The position numbers and the translations under genes were made by a program. A DNA stretch of 64,000 bases from Cyclobacteriaceae bacterium. Lineage in GTDB: Bacteria; Bacteroidota; Bacteroidia; Cytophagales; Cyclobacteriaceae. Below are positions 48,482-59,037 of the stretch, in pieces; the first letter of the stretch is position 1; every line of letters begins with the position of its first letter. A model generated the notes under the pieces. The model did not search any database. It saw nothing but the letters and a program-made list of their open reading frames with translations, and had not been told where the DNA came from. The stretch is from contig JAKLJG010000013.1 in the NCBI GenBank assembly GCA_023151255.1, positions 1,990-65,989 of the forward strand, in the 5' to 3' direction.

Positions 48482-49666
48482 TTAATTGTCGAGGCCCAGC
48501 TCTTTGTATCGCTTTTCAATACGCTTAATGCCGACCTGGTTGTCGAGGTCTCCGTAAATCAGGTAGAGTGCATCAAGAACTTCCGAATCATTCGGATTTA
48601 ATTTTTCTGCTTTTTCCCAATAGGGCAATGCAACCTTGAGTTTCTCAACATAGACCTTGTCTAACTCAAACCTTTTTTTCTTATCGGCTTCACTAATTCC
48701 AAGCGAAGCCATTTGCTTTTTAATTGCTTCGGCATCCACAAAGTAAGATTTGGCCAGAAGAAGTTGCGCATCGTATGAATTGGGATCAATCTTTAGGGCA
48801 TTTTCACAACTTGCCTTTGCTGCTTCATAGTTACCCATCTTAAAATTAGTGTACGCCAGGAAATAATGCAGAACAACATTGTTTGGTTCATTCTTTAAAG
48901 CCGCTTCCAAGCCCGCTTTAGCCTCCTGCACACGGTCAAGTTCAATGAGGTACTGAATTTCCATTTTAGGTAATTCTACATTTTTCGGGTATTTGCCCTT
49001 GGCTTCGCGCGCAATCTCAATGGCTTTTGCTTTATCTGTTAACGAAGCCGCATTGATCATTACGTAGTAAGCCTCAACGGCTGTACCACCATTTTTTAAA
49101 TAACTTTTCATGTAATTAGAAGCCCTATCATATTGCTCATCGGCATTGGCTACAATACCTGCATAGAAATAGGATGTGGTATCCTCCGGTTTAACTTTTT
49201 GTGCGCGGTCAAAATTTATAAGTGCTGTTTTAAAATCATCTTCCTGATAGGCAGCGGCACCCTGGTTCAGATAATGACCACTCATCCTATCGATAACCAT
49301 TGTTTTGGTTACTGGCATAAAACTGTTTTTATCTGTATAAAACAACTCGTTTTTTGAATTTTTATTTAGTTCATCTGACTTTGCAAAAGATGCTAAGGCT
49401 TTATCAAATGCATTAGGCGCAAGTGACTTATAATTTTGGTTTTGAGTGGTGTCCAGCGAAGAATAAATTAAACCGCTGTAAAACCACGTCTTGGCATCTA
49501 ATGAAAGCTTTGGGTCCGCTTCACAGACATCAATCATCTGTTTTGCTTCATCAAGTTTTCCGGATTGCCATAAACTAAGTGCCTTGTTCAAGTTGGGCTT
49601 TAATGGTTTTTGCGCTACCACTGCCATTGGAAGCACTGCAACAAGTAGAATAATTGCTTTTTTCAT
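48482..49666 (-). CDS. exported TPR-repeat protein
   Basis: 394 aa with a signal peptide and multiple TPR units. It lies 24 nt downstream of gyrA. Confidence 0.75.
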   Translation of the reverse strand: MKKAIILLVAVLPMAVVAQKPLKPNLNKALSLWQSGKLDEAKQMIDVCEADPKLSLDAKTWFYSGLIYSSLDTTQNQNYKSLAPNAFDKALASFAKSDELNKNSKNELFYTDKNSFMPVTKTMVIDRMSGHYLNQGAAAYQEDDFKTALINFDRAQKVKPEDTTSYFYAGIVANADEQYDRASNYMKSYLKNGGTAVEAYYVMINAASLTDKAKAIEIAREAKGKYPKNVELPKMEIQYLIELDRVQEAKAGLEAALKNEPNNVVLHYFLAYTNFKMGNYEAAKASCENALKIDPNSYDAQLLLAKSYFVDAEAIKKQMASLGISEADKKKRFELDKVYVEKLKVALPYWEKAEKLNPNDSEVLDALYLIYGDLDNQVGIKRIEKRYKELGLDN

Positions 49667-49690
49667 TTCAGGTTATTTACAAGTTTAAAA

Positions 49691-52174
49691 TTATTCAGCT
49701 ACATCATCCATTTGCTGGATCTTCTCTACCGAGGATATCCGGTCATCATCATTTAGTTTTATCAGCCGAACCCCCTGTGTTGCCCGGCCCATCACCCGCA
49801 ATTCGCTAACTTTTATGCGAATGGTTATTCCCGACCGGTTAATAATCATCAATTCATCTTTATCCACAACATCCTTGATTGCAACAAGCTTGCCAGTTTT
49901 GGCTGTAATATTAATAGTTTTTACGCCTTTTCCGCCCCGCTTGGTAACCCGGTAATCTTCAATTGACGAGCGCTTGCCATACCCCTTCTCAGATACGACT
50001 AGCAAATTTACATCTTCCCTTGTAATGCAAACCATACCTATTACGCGGTCGTTTCCTGAATCGAGCGTTACACCTTTAACACCGGCAGCCGTCCTTCCCA
50101 TTGGACGAACGTCACGCTCGTGAAAATGCACGGCCTTACCCAGCGATTTAGCTATAACTATATGGTTATTACCATTTGTTAATGAGGCATTTAACAACTT
50201 ATCTCCTTCATGAATAGTAATGGCGTTAATACCTCCCTGGCGTGGCCGAGAATAGGCCTCAAGGCTGGTTTTCTTAATAGTGCCCCTTTCTGTGCAGAGT
50301 ATAACAAAGTTGTTTTCAAGGTATTCTTTCTCTTCCAGCGAGCGAACATTGATAATGGCAGCCACGTTATCGCCCGGCTCTATATTAATCAGGTTTTGGA
50401 TGGCCCGACCTTTTGAAGTTTTAACTCCCTCCGGAATTTCATAGGCTTTTTTCCAGTACACTTTACCTTGCTCGGTAAAAATCAGAAGGTAATTATGGGC
50501 CTGGGCTATAAAAAGATTCTTGGTAAAGTCATCCTCTTTTGTAGCAACCCCTCTTGAGCCTACACCGCCCCTTCCCTGCGTGCGGTATTCCGAAAGTGAG
50601 GTACGCTTGATGTAGCCCTGGTTCGAGATGGTAATCACCATCTCTTCATTAGGAATCATGTCTTCCGGGGTAATGTCGTCCTCTTCGGTATGCACGATCT
50701 CCGTCCTGCGCTTGTCTCCGTAGCGTTCTTTCAGTTCTCTTAACTCATCCTTGATGATTTGCATCCGGAGGGGCTGGTTGGCCAGTATCTCATTCAGACG
50801 AGCTATTAGTTCTTTCACTTCCTTATACTCTTGCTGAATTTTATCACGCTCAAGGCCTGTAAGGCGCTGCAGCCGCATTTCCAGTATGGCTTTAGCCTGT
50901 ATTTCAGAAAGAGCAAATCGGTCAATAAGCTCAACCTTTGCAGTATCCGGATCTTTTGACGCCCGAATGAGTTTAATGACTTCATCCAGGTTATCCAGGG
51001 CTATGAGGTAGCCTTCAAGGATATGTGCCCGTTTTTCGGCTTCGGCCAATTCAAACTTCGCCCTGCGGATAACTACTTCGTGGCGGTGATCCACAAAGTG
51101 TTTAATCAAGTCTTTCAGATTAAGCGTTTGCGGTCTGCCTTTTACCAGTGCGACATTATTAATTCCAAATGTTGACTGTAACTGCGTGTACTTAAACAAA
51201 TTATTTAAGACGATATTACCAATGGCATCGCGCTTCAGGTCGTATACGATGCGATACCCATCTCGGTCCGATTCATCGCGGATATCGGAAATACCTTCAA
51301 TTTTTTTCTCGTTAATAAGGGCTGCTGTTTTTTCAATCATCAGGGCCTTGTTAACCTGGTATGGAATTTCAGTTACCACTATCTGCTCGCGGTCTTTACC
51401 GGTTGTAACAATCTCGGCTTTAGCCCTGATGACCGCCCGGCCCCGCCCGGTGCGATAGGCTTCGCGTATACCTCCTACCCCGTAAATGATGCCTCCGGTA
51501 GGAAAATCGGGGGCCGGTATCAGTTTCATCAGGTCGTCAATGCTAATTTCCGGATTATCGATGTAGGCGGTTACCCCATCAACAATTTCAGACAGGTTGT
51601 GAGGGGCCATGTTGGTGGCCATGCCAACGGCAATACCAGATGACCCATTTACAAGCAGGTTGGGCAACTTGCCGGGCAAAACGGTAGGCTCAGTAAGGGA
51701 GTCATCAAAGTTAGGCTGGAAGTCAACGGTTTCTTTATTAATGTCGGCCAACATTTCTTCTGCTATGCGCCTCAACCGGGCTTCGGTGTAACGCATGGCT
51801 GCTGGGGCATCACCATCTACTGAACCAAAGTTACCCTGGCCATCGACTAACGGGTAGCGCATGCTCCAATCCTGCGCCATGCGAACCATGGTATCATACA
51901 CCGAGGCATCGCCATGCGGGTGGTACTTACCGAGCACCTCCCCTACGATACGGGCCGACTTTTTATAGGGTTTATTGTAGTTAACGCCCAGTTCGAGCAT
52001 CCCATAAAGCACCCTGCGGTGCACAGGTTTGAGCCCGTCACGCACATCAGGCAGGGCCCTCGACACAATTACCGACATCGAATAATCGATGTAGGCACCG
52101 CGCATTTCTTCTTCGATGTTTATCGGGATGATGCTTTGCCGGCCCGGGGGGAGGCCCTGGTTTTCTTCAGCCAC
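49691..52174 (-). CDS. gyrA: DNA gyrase subunit A
   Basis: 827 aa with a GTG start per the track and GyrA-typical sequence, including AAMRYTE (active-site Tyr) and a C-terminal beta-pinwheel. Confidence 0.95.
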   Translation of the reverse strand: MAEENQGLPPGRQSIIPINIEEEMRGAYIDYSMSVIVSRALPDVRDGLKPVHRRVLYGMLELGVNYNKPYKKSARIVGEVLGKYHPHGDASVYDTMVRMAQDWSMRYPLVDGQGNFGSVDGDAPAAMRYTEARLRRIAEEMLADINKETVDFQPNFDDSLTEPTVLPGKLPNLLVNGSSGIAVGMATNMAPHNLSEIVDGVTAYIDNPEISIDDLMKLIPAPDFPTGGIIYGVGGIREAYRTGRGRAVIRAKAEIVTTGKDREQIVVTEIPYQVNKALMIEKTAALINEKKIEGISDIRDESDRDGYRIVYDLKRDAIGNIVLNNLFKYTQLQSTFGINNVALVKGRPQTLNLKDLIKHFVDHRHEVVIRRAKFELAEAEKRAHILEGYLIALDNLDEVIKLIRASKDPDTAKVELIDRFALSEIQAKAILEMRLQRLTGLERDKIQQEYKEVKELIARLNEILANQPLRMQIIKDELRELKERYGDKRRTEIVHTEEDDITPEDMIPNEEMVITISNQGYIKRTSLSEYRTQGRGGVGSRGVATKEDDFTKNLFIAQAHNYLLIFTEQGKVYWKKAYEIPEGVKTSKGRAIQNLINIEPGDNVAAIINVRSLEEKEYLENNFVILCTERGTIKKTSLEAYSRPRQGGINAITIHEGDKLLNASLTNGNNHIVIAKSLGKAVHFHERDVRPMGRTAAGVKGVTLDSGNDRVIGMVCITREDVNLLVVSEKGYGKRSSIEDYRVTKRGGKGVKTINITAKTGKLVAIKDVVDKDELMIINRSGITIRIKVSELRVMGRATQGVRLIKLNDDDRISSVEKIQQMDDVAE

Positions 52175-52307
52175 TTTTCAGAGGTTTAAACGTTCTAAAA
52201 AACCTTTAAATAAGCCCAAAAACGAACATTTTAAAGGATGCGCAAGATAGCTATTTTTTAAGCTTAATCACTGCCTGGCTGCCACGAAAATGAGCAAAAA
52301 AATGGGA

Positions 52308-53260
52308 TTAATAGGGGTTCAGTTTCCGCTTGTTTTTACCCTTGTATTTAATCAGGTTCGGGTAGTTTTCACCATAGTGCGGGTTCTGTTTTTTCCATAT
52401 CGGATGCACCCTGCTGCGGTACTCGCGGTTGCCGTGTGCATGGTTAATCTGAATGCGGCATTCTTTTAAAAAACACCGCCTCAATTCAGGAATTCGGTAT
52501 GTGGCACCAACATGAATGTAAAAGGCATTGAATCGGTGTTTAATGCTTTGTCCTGACTCTGTAAATGCAAGACTGTAATTTTTAAGCTCATAGGATGGCC
52601 TGACAAACAGCCTGAAGTACTCCGACATTTCACGCTCGATGGTGGTGCCCAAATTAAAAAACAGGCCTTTGGTGATAACCGCCTTATCAAAGTTTTTTCC
52701 CAACGAATAACCGCCTATGTTGGCATCTACCGTTAACAGGTAGTTATCATACCGGTACACAGAAGCCCCAAGCATCACAAAATACTTTTTCAAAAAAAAA
52801 TTTGAAAGACCGGGATCAAAATTTCGCAGATCATTGCGGTAAGTCAAAGGCTTGAAATCACCAAGATTAACAAAATCAAAGGAGTATCCACCACCTATAC
52901 GGTAGCGACCACTAAATTCGACATGCACAGTTGCCTTTAATGGGATGGTAAGCGACTTGCTTCTGAACCCGATTTCGGTTGTGTCGGAGTTAACCAGAAA
53001 ATCACCCGGGTTAATTGCCCACCGCTTGCAGGCTGATGTAGCGCAAAGCCATCTAACTGATGCCTGAAGACCGTTGAACCATACCCTGTGCTTAGGCCAA
53101 AATTCAGTTTGCTCAACAGTTTGCGGAACATGCCTGGCTGTTGCCGGTCAACATAGAAATGATCCAGCGGAATACTTACGTCCTTATCCTTTTGAGCAAC
53201 AACCGGAAAGCCTGTGCAGAGGATGGTTATAAAAACGATTATGGTGATTACGATTTTCAG
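52308..53260 (-). pseudogene. probable exported beta-barrel-like gene with a frameshift and no canonical start codon
   Basis: ORFs 52937-53131 and 52308-52928 are in different frames, and the downstream frame stays open upstream to at least 53132. Extending the upstream frame gives a signal-peptide-like (L)KIVITIIVFITILCTGFPVVAQ beginning at CTG 53260, with no ATG, GTG or TTG in frame. The span is 953 nt, which is 318 codons minus 1 nt. Confidence 0.5.
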
Positions 53261-53346
53261 AAGCCGGGTTTGGTTGGTTAAAAGATATTCAAATCGCCTA
53301 AAATATACCGGAGTTAAGAAACAAAAATACAGAAAATGCCAGTAGG

Positions 53347-54735
53347 TTAATACCTGGCCACCGGCAGCGACTCTAACGAAGTAAATGTATGAAATAGTGT
53401 TTGCCCCTGGCTTACTGTATAGGCGAATCGGTGTTCGTCAGCTTCGCCCCCGGGGCGGTTAAGCCTGAAAACAACCTGGTTCGTGCCTTCCTTAAGCGGC
53501 ACACGGGAATAGTAAATACTATGCGGCAGGGTTTGCCAGTTACGGGTATCGGCTTTTTCGGTGGCCGCATTGATAGCTCCGATGATGGTTCCGAATGACC
53601 GGTCTTCCTTTTTTGCAGAATATTCAATTGACTTTTTAAGGGCTACACGTAGCAGGCTTTTGCTGAACTCCAGTCCCATTCGCTCCTGCAGGCACTTAAC
53701 CGCAACCCGGTTAACATCTTCGGCCAACTGCAGCGGATAAGTGGTGTCGTTAACCTCAATAATGGCGTTGGTGTAATAGGTTGGCCGCTCAACATAACGT
53801 GGAAATGCCACGCGGAAGAATTCCAGGTTACTCAGGCTGGTTCGTTCATCGTCACTGCCCACGTAAAAGGAATAGTGCATGTTCATATCCTCATTGCTGA
53901 ATAAAAACATGTCATCGCTTTGGCGACTAACGACAAAGTTTATGCTCCACTCATCTTTTACCGGACTCAGCCCGTTGTGCCAGAAAAAAATCAAGTCACC
54001 ATCGGCCTGCGTTACCCTGAATTCGGGCCAGTTAAATTTTTCCTTGTAAAATTCGTATTCATCAGTAAAACCGGTATTCCAGGCGGCTACCAGTAAATCT
54101 GCTTTTAGTTGATCCGGGGCTTTGGTTCCGAATAGGCGTTCATAGTCTTCTTCATAAATCTGGTAGGCATTGCGGTAAGCAATAAACGCATTATTCCAGT
54201 CTTTATCGGCCTGGTAGATAATACCCATTAAGGTATGGATGAAGGCATCACGCCTGTATTTATTTTCTGAGGAGTACCTGTCGGACAATTGTTGCAGCCG
54301 GATGTTAAGCCTTCGGCACTCTACCAGGGCCTCCTCATGTTTGCCCATTTTAAGGAAGTTCATGGCTTTATAGTACAGTACCATCAGGTGTTCGTGATCT
54401 TCACCCCGGTAAATGGTCACCATCGGATTGGTAAAATAAGAGGCCGCCTCACGAACGATGTTTAAGCGGTAATCCTCCCCAAATAAAAAGGCCTTCTCGA
54501 AATAACTATTGCTTTCTTCGTATTGCCCCAATATAGAGAGCAGGATGCCGTTGTTTACGTAGTAAAGAAATTTGACATTTGGTTTCCGGTATTGATTATC
54601 CTCACGCAGCGTTGCAAGTGCCTTGTCCAGGTTGCCTTCTTCAAATTTCCGGTTGTAATCGTAGGTCGTTTCGTAGAACGATGCACATGCTGAGCCAAGC
54701 ATCACCACAACTGTGACCGACCATCGCATCAGCAT
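53347..54735 (-). CDS. hypothetical lipoprotein with TPR-like repeats
   Basis: 462 aa with a lipobox (LGSAC). It lies 9 nt downstream of the LpoB-like gene. Confidence 0.65.
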   Translation of the reverse strand: MLMRWSVTVVVMLGSACASFYETTYDYNRKFEEGNLDKALATLREDNQYRKPNVKFLYYVNNGILLSILGQYEESNSYFEKAFLFGEDYRLNIVREAASYFTNPMVTIYRGEDHEHLMVLYYKAMNFLKMGKHEEALVECRRLNIRLQQLSDRYSSENKYRRDAFIHTLMGIIYQADKDWNNAFIAYRNAYQIYEEDYERLFGTKAPDQLKADLLVAAWNTGFTDEYEFYKEKFNWPEFRVTQADGDLIFFWHNGLSPVKDEWSINFVVSRQSDDMFLFSNEDMNMHYSFYVGSDDERTSLSNLEFFRVAFPRYVERPTYYTNAIIEVNDTTYPLQLAEDVNRVAVKCLQERMGLEFSKSLLRVALKKSIEYSAKKEDRSFGTIIGAINAATEKADTRNWQTLPHSIYYSRVPLKEGTNQVVFRLNRPGGEADEHRFAYTVSQGQTLFHTFTSLESLPVARY

Positions 54736-54744
54736 ACGCTTTGA

Positions 54745-55317
54745 TTAATTTTTTACCAGCTTCTTTATTTCATTTTGGCCGTACCAAACGCGTTTGTTGG
54801 TTTCAATATCGGTAAGAAACAAAGTGGTTACGTAGTTGGTAACACGTTTTTTGTTGTACACATCTGTTTCGGAATTGATTTCACCAAATAGCATCAGGTT
54901 AGCGCCCGTTTCCTTACCCCAGCGGGCTACCGTGGCCGGGTCAGCAAAGTCTTGTTGTTCAGCCCGCTCCTTTCTGAGTTTATCACGGAACTCATCGGAT
55001 TCCACCAGGTCGGCCATACCGGATTGGTGAATAACCATTTCGAATTTCTTAATAAAATTGCCGGCATCAATGTGTTCGCTGGTCTTATTGCGGATGGCCC
55101 CGACAACGATAACCGGTTTACGTCCTAAGTTCTGAGAATATTTTTGAAAGGCATCCGACTTAAATAGATCATGAATCATCTGGTCAGCGACCTTGCGTGA
55201 ATCAGAGTCATTCCAGCGTCCGCTTAAGTCAATTTGTGTTGAGGGGTCAATGCGGGTAACAGTACGTGAACAGGATATGACTACCAGAAAAATGGAGAAT
55301 GTCAGAAGGTATTTCAT
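54745..55317 (-). CDS. LpoB-like (COG3417) lipoprotein
   Basis: 190 aa with a lipobox (VISC). The central block PVIVVGAIRNKTSEHID resembles the penicillin-binding-protein activator LpoB family by eye. Confidence 0.6.
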   Translation of the reverse strand: MKYLLTFSIFLVVISCSRTVTRIDPSTQIDLSGRWNDSDSRKVADQMIHDLFKSDAFQKYSQNLGRKPVIVVGAIRNKTSEHIDAGNFIKKFEMVIHQSGMADLVESDEFRDKLRKERAEQQDFADPATVARWGKETGANLMLFGEINSETDVYNKKRVTNYVTTLFLTDIETNKRVWYGQNEIKKLVKN

Positions 55318-55355
55318 GGCTTATGTTTATTGAAGAGAGACAAAAATCTTGCCGA

Positions 55356-56009
55356 TTACAGGTTTTTCAGCCTGCCAATTACTTCCTTCGGATTGGCAGC
55401 CGTAAACACAAAATTGCCGGCAACCAGTACATCGGCTCCGGCCTGCATTAACGGCTTGGCGTTGTCAAGGTTTACACCACCATCAATTTCGATTTTTGCC
55501 GGTGATGCTTTCTGAATTATAAGTGCTTTAAGATCAGCTACTTTACGATACGTATTTTCAATAAACTTCTGGCCGCCAAAGCCCGGGTTAACCGACATCA
55601 GGCAAACTAAATCAATATCGGCAATAATGTTCTCAAGTGTATTTATTGGGGTATGCGGGTTGACCGCCACCCCAGCCTTACATCCCAGCGATTTTATTTG
55701 TTGGATGTTGCGGTGCAGGTGCGGGCAGGCCTCAACGTGTACACTGATAACTTCTGCCCCTGCTTTCCTAAAGGCTTCTACGTAACGGCCTGGCTCCACA
55801 ATCATCAAATGCACATCGAGTGGTTTTTTTGCATGGCGATTAATTGCTTCAACGACCGGAAGTCCCATTGAAATATTAGGAACAAATACCCCATCCATTA
55901 TATCAATATGAATCCAGTCGGCCTCGCTGTCGTTAATCATTTTTACCTCCCGCTCCAGGTTGGCAAAGTCGGCAGCCAGTATAGAGGGCGCAATTATTGG
56001 TTTATTCAT
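55356..56009 (-). CDS. rpe: ribulose-phosphate 3-epimerase
   Basis: I moved the start to the ATG at 56009 (MNKPIIAPSILAADFANL...). The length (217 aa) and motifs (HIDIMDG, MSVNPGFGGQ) are typical of Rpe. Confidence 0.93.
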   Translation of the reverse strand: MNKPIIAPSILAADFANLEREVKMINDSEADWIHIDIMDGVFVPNISMGLPVVEAINRHAKKPLDVHLMIVEPGRYVEAFRKAGAEVISVHVEACPHLHRNIQQIKSLGCKAGVAVNPHTPINTLENIIADIDLVCLMSVNPGFGGQKFIENTYRKVADLKALIIQKASPAKIEIDGGVNLDNAKPLMQAGADVLVAGNFVFTAANPKEVIGRLKNL

Positions 56010-56073
56010 TTTTTTCGATGAGGGTGAATAACGCGCAAAGTTAAAACCAATTACGGATGAACCTTTACCTGGC

Positions 56074-57693
56074 TTAAACTTTAACCAGTTTAAACGTCTG
56101 CCACCGGCCATTAACCGCCATCCGTAAAAAATAAATGCCGGAATGAAGGCCCGACAGGCTTACACGATAGCGCGGGTTACTCCAGGTGAAAATGGCATTG
56201 CCACCGGCAACTGTCTGCCCCATGGAATTGGCTATTGTATAAGGCGCTTCCGCCAGTTCGGTAGGATTGGACGTTTCGATAGTTACTGTGTCGTTTATAA
56301 CGGGGTTAGGGTAAACCTGTATGGTGAGCGGTTCAATATCCTGGTTCAGATACTGGCTAAGTGCCTGGTAGCCAGGTAAACCAAATCCAAGCGAGTTATC
56401 GGGTGAAGCGCCCTGCGAACTCGAAATCCTGAGCGCTTCAATAAGCATGCTGTTAAACAGGTGTGGATACTTTTGCCAAACGCCCGCCAGCAGTGATGTT
56501 ACCAGCGGAGCAGCTACAGAGGTGCCCGAGGCCGCGCCAACAGTACCGTTTGCCTTGATGACCTTCACCAGCGTGCCAGGTGCTACAACATCGGGTTTAA
56601 TGCGGCCGTCTGCTGTGGGTCCAAACGAACTTGACGGGCTTTTAATCCCGCTGAAATTAACATTGCCAACGGCTATAGCATCCTGGGCATCGGCCGGGGC
56701 AGTAATAATACGCCAGGGTTTAGCCCCCTCGTTGCCTGCACTGGTTACTACAATAATTCCGCGTTCAGCGGCCAAGCTGGCAGCCCGTGAAATGACAGCC
56801 GTATTTCCGTTCATGTCTTCGGGCTGGTAGTCCATTGAAGGGTCGTCAAAGGTATTGTAGCCAAGGGATGAATTGATAATATCAACCCCGGCACTATCAG
56901 CCCGTTCGGCAGCAATCAGCCAGTTGTATTCTTCAATCCGGTATTCAGTGCCTACGTCTTCGGTAACATATAACTGAAACTTTGCTTTATAGGCGCCACC
57001 GGTAAATACGCCATCCTGATAAGCCGCGATGACAGACCACACCTGCGTGCCGTGATCATCGTGCTGAAATACATCCGAACCGCCATACACAAAGTCGTGC
57101 GATACGGTGGCATTGAACCGTCCATCGGTAAACACGTGCTGAAATGGTGTTGAAGAATCAGCTCCGGAAAACCCGCCATCAAACACAGCAATGGTCATGT
57201 TTTCTCCCCGGAAGCCATCCACATGCATCTGATCGATACCAATCATGGCTAGTTGTGGTGTTGCTTCATCATCGTGCTGACCGGTTTTGGATTTTACCCT
57301 TCCCCTTCGGCCGCCATTTACCGGCCGGGGCCCGGGGGCAACCAGTTCAATAGATTCAACATGGGGCAAGGCGAGCAAATCTGCCAATAGTAATGCATCG
57401 CACTGGACAAGGGCTCCGTTCATCCAACGCGTAGTGTACAAAACGGTTGCACCCGCATTTCGAACATCGTCAACATACGATGGCGTAACCGGGAGATCAG
57501 TTTCGGTTGCTGAAATAAGATGTTTTATTCTGCGTTGAATGGCTTTGCCTGAAAGAAATTCGTTTGGATTGTCTACGGTATAAGGTGTACCTGCTTTGTC
57601 TTTAAAAAAAACAACATACCGGTTCACCTGTGCAGATGCATAAAAACAGGCGCCTAGCATGAGCGGCAGTAAAAACAGTTTACATTTTACCAT
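56074..57693 (-). CDS. S8-family (subtilisin-like) serine peptidase with a T9SS C-terminal sorting domain
   Basis: 539 aa with a signal peptide and the Asp/His/Ser triad blocks (AVFDGG, HDDHGTQV, ASGTSVAAP). The C-terminal ~80 aa form a Por-type tail (VYPNPV...GIYFLRM...FKLVKV). Confidence 0.88.
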   Translation of the reverse strand: MVKCKLFLLPLMLGACFYASAQVNRYVVFFKDKAGTPYTVDNPNEFLSGKAIQRRIKHLISATETDLPVTPSYVDDVRNAGATVLYTTRWMNGALVQCDALLLADLLALPHVESIELVAPGPRPVNGGRRGRVKSKTGQHDDEATPQLAMIGIDQMHVDGFRGENMTIAVFDGGFSGADSSTPFQHVFTDGRFNATVSHDFVYGGSDVFQHDDHGTQVWSVIAAYQDGVFTGGAYKAKFQLYVTEDVGTEYRIEEYNWLIAAERADSAGVDIINSSLGYNTFDDPSMDYQPEDMNGNTAVISRAASLAAERGIIVVTSAGNEGAKPWRIITAPADAQDAIAVGNVNFSGIKSPSSSFGPTADGRIKPDVVAPGTLVKVIKANGTVGAASGTSVAAPLVTSLLAGVWQKYPHLFNSMLIEALRISSSQGASPDNSLGFGLPGYQALSQYLNQDIEPLTIQVYPNPVINDTVTIETSNPTELAEAPYTIANSMGQTVAGGNAIFTWSNPRYRVSLSGLHSGIYFLRMAVNGRWQTFKLVKV

Positions 57694-58396
57694 ACTCCTG
57701 TAAATACTGTAACCGTTTGTACCCGCTGTTTATTTCGCCAGTACACGCTCCTCCTGTGCAGGTGTAGGTCCATACTTCACTTAACGCTGAAAGAAGACCG
57801 ATGTTTTTGCCAAAGCGGGTTGTACGTACATCGCGATAAGTAAGGTTATTGGCCACATTTTCCTGTTCCACCTCGGCAACCCAATCAACCGGAAAAGGAT
57901 AGGCTGGGTTATCGGTAATCGTGGTAATGGTAAACTCATCAGCCGGAAGGCTGTTAAACAGGTTGGCGTTCCATTTTCTGTTTATATGCACAGGAAAAGC
58001 CAGGTGAATTACCGGAAGATTTTCATCGCTTACAATGGCATACTGATCAGTTACCCGGGCTGACCAGGTATCTAAAAATTGCCAGGGCAACGATTCCTCC
58101 TGCCGTATAAACCGGTGTAAAACATAGGTGTAACCTGATTCGGTATTTATAAATGAGTCAACCACCTGAATTTTCAGTTGAAAGGTGTCGGATGCCGGAG
58201 GCTGTAATGGCGTATAAATCGTTTCCTGGATGTTGTAAATCCAATACAGCCCCCCGGCAAGCGGAAAGAAATCGGGGCCATTTAAACGGAGTTGCTCGCT
58301 GTCGGAACACCGCACCAACACCATGATCAGTAATATATATTTGCCCAGCCGTTTCAGGATATTTCTGATTTTTAGTAAATCCGCACCCGGTAACAA
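57680..58396 (-). CDS. hypothetical lipoprotein
   Basis: 238 aa with a TTG start per the track and a lipobox-like LVRCS. It overlaps the S8 peptidase start by 14 nt. Confidence 0.55.
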   Translation of the reverse strand: MLPGADLLKIRNILKRLGKYILLIMVLVRCSDSEQLRLNGPDFFPLAGGLYWIYNIQETIYTPLQPPASDTFQLKIQVVDSFINTESGYTYVLHRFIRQEESLPWQFLDTWSARVTDQYAIVSDENLPVIHLAFPVHINRKWNANLFNSLPADEFTITTITDNPAYPFPVDWVAEVEQENVANNLTYRDVRTTRFGKNIGLLSALSEVWTYTCTGGACTGEINSGYKRLQYLQEYGKM

Positions 58397-58443
58397 AAGT
58401 AAACCGCAAGCATAATCAAACCCTAAAGGTATTTTATTCTTGT

Positions 58444-59037
58444 TTGGATATGAAACTGATACGCACGGTTAAGGTTGGAAACATCACCAATTTGAGCGAT
58501 GCCCGGTATTGCGCGGGTATGGGGGTTGATATGCTGGGATTTACTACCATTGAAAATCAGTCCGGCTATGTGGGCCCCGAAGCCTTCCAGGAGTTTCGCG
58601 GGTGGTTTAACGGGCCTGCGGTTGTAGCGGAGGTTTATGGTTTGCAGGATAGCAAAACCTTGCATGAAATTATGCGCAACTACCTGCCTGATTTTATTGA
58701 ATTGGGTACGGTTGAATTGCCTTTTGTTGATTTGCCATCGCTGGCACTGATTGTGTCTACCCGGGAAATGCCATCGGCAGATAATTTCCTTCAGCAACTG
58801 GCCCGCATCCATAACCAGGTGGCTTTTATATTGGCAGAGGAAGAAATAAAAACATCCGATCTGAAATTAATAGCAGACTATTACCCAGTGTTGTTGAAAC
58901 TAACTAAACCGGTCGATGAGCATATGCTGACACTGCCGGTAAAAGGTTTTGCCCTGAAGGGCAATACAGAAGAAAGGCCCGGTTTAAAATCATATGATGC
59001 CTTGGCTACTGTGTTAGAGTACCTGGCGGAAGACTAA
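58444..59037 (+). CDS. phosphoribosylanthranilate isomerase (TrpF)-like protein, divergent
   Basis: 197 aa. The N-terminus VKVGNITNLSDARYCAGMGVDMLGF aligns by eye with TrpF VKICGITxxEDAxxAxxxGADxxGF, but the catalytic positions appear substituted (see findings). Confidence 0.6.
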   Translation: MDMKLIRTVKVGNITNLSDARYCAGMGVDMLGFTTIENQSGYVGPEAFQEFRGWFNGPAVVAEVYGLQDSKTLHEIMRNYLPDFIELGTVELPFVDLPSLALIVSTREMPSADNFLQQLARIHNQVAFILAEEEIKTSDLKLIADYYPVLLKLTKPVDEHMLTLPVKGFALKGNTEERPGLKSYDALATVLEYLAED

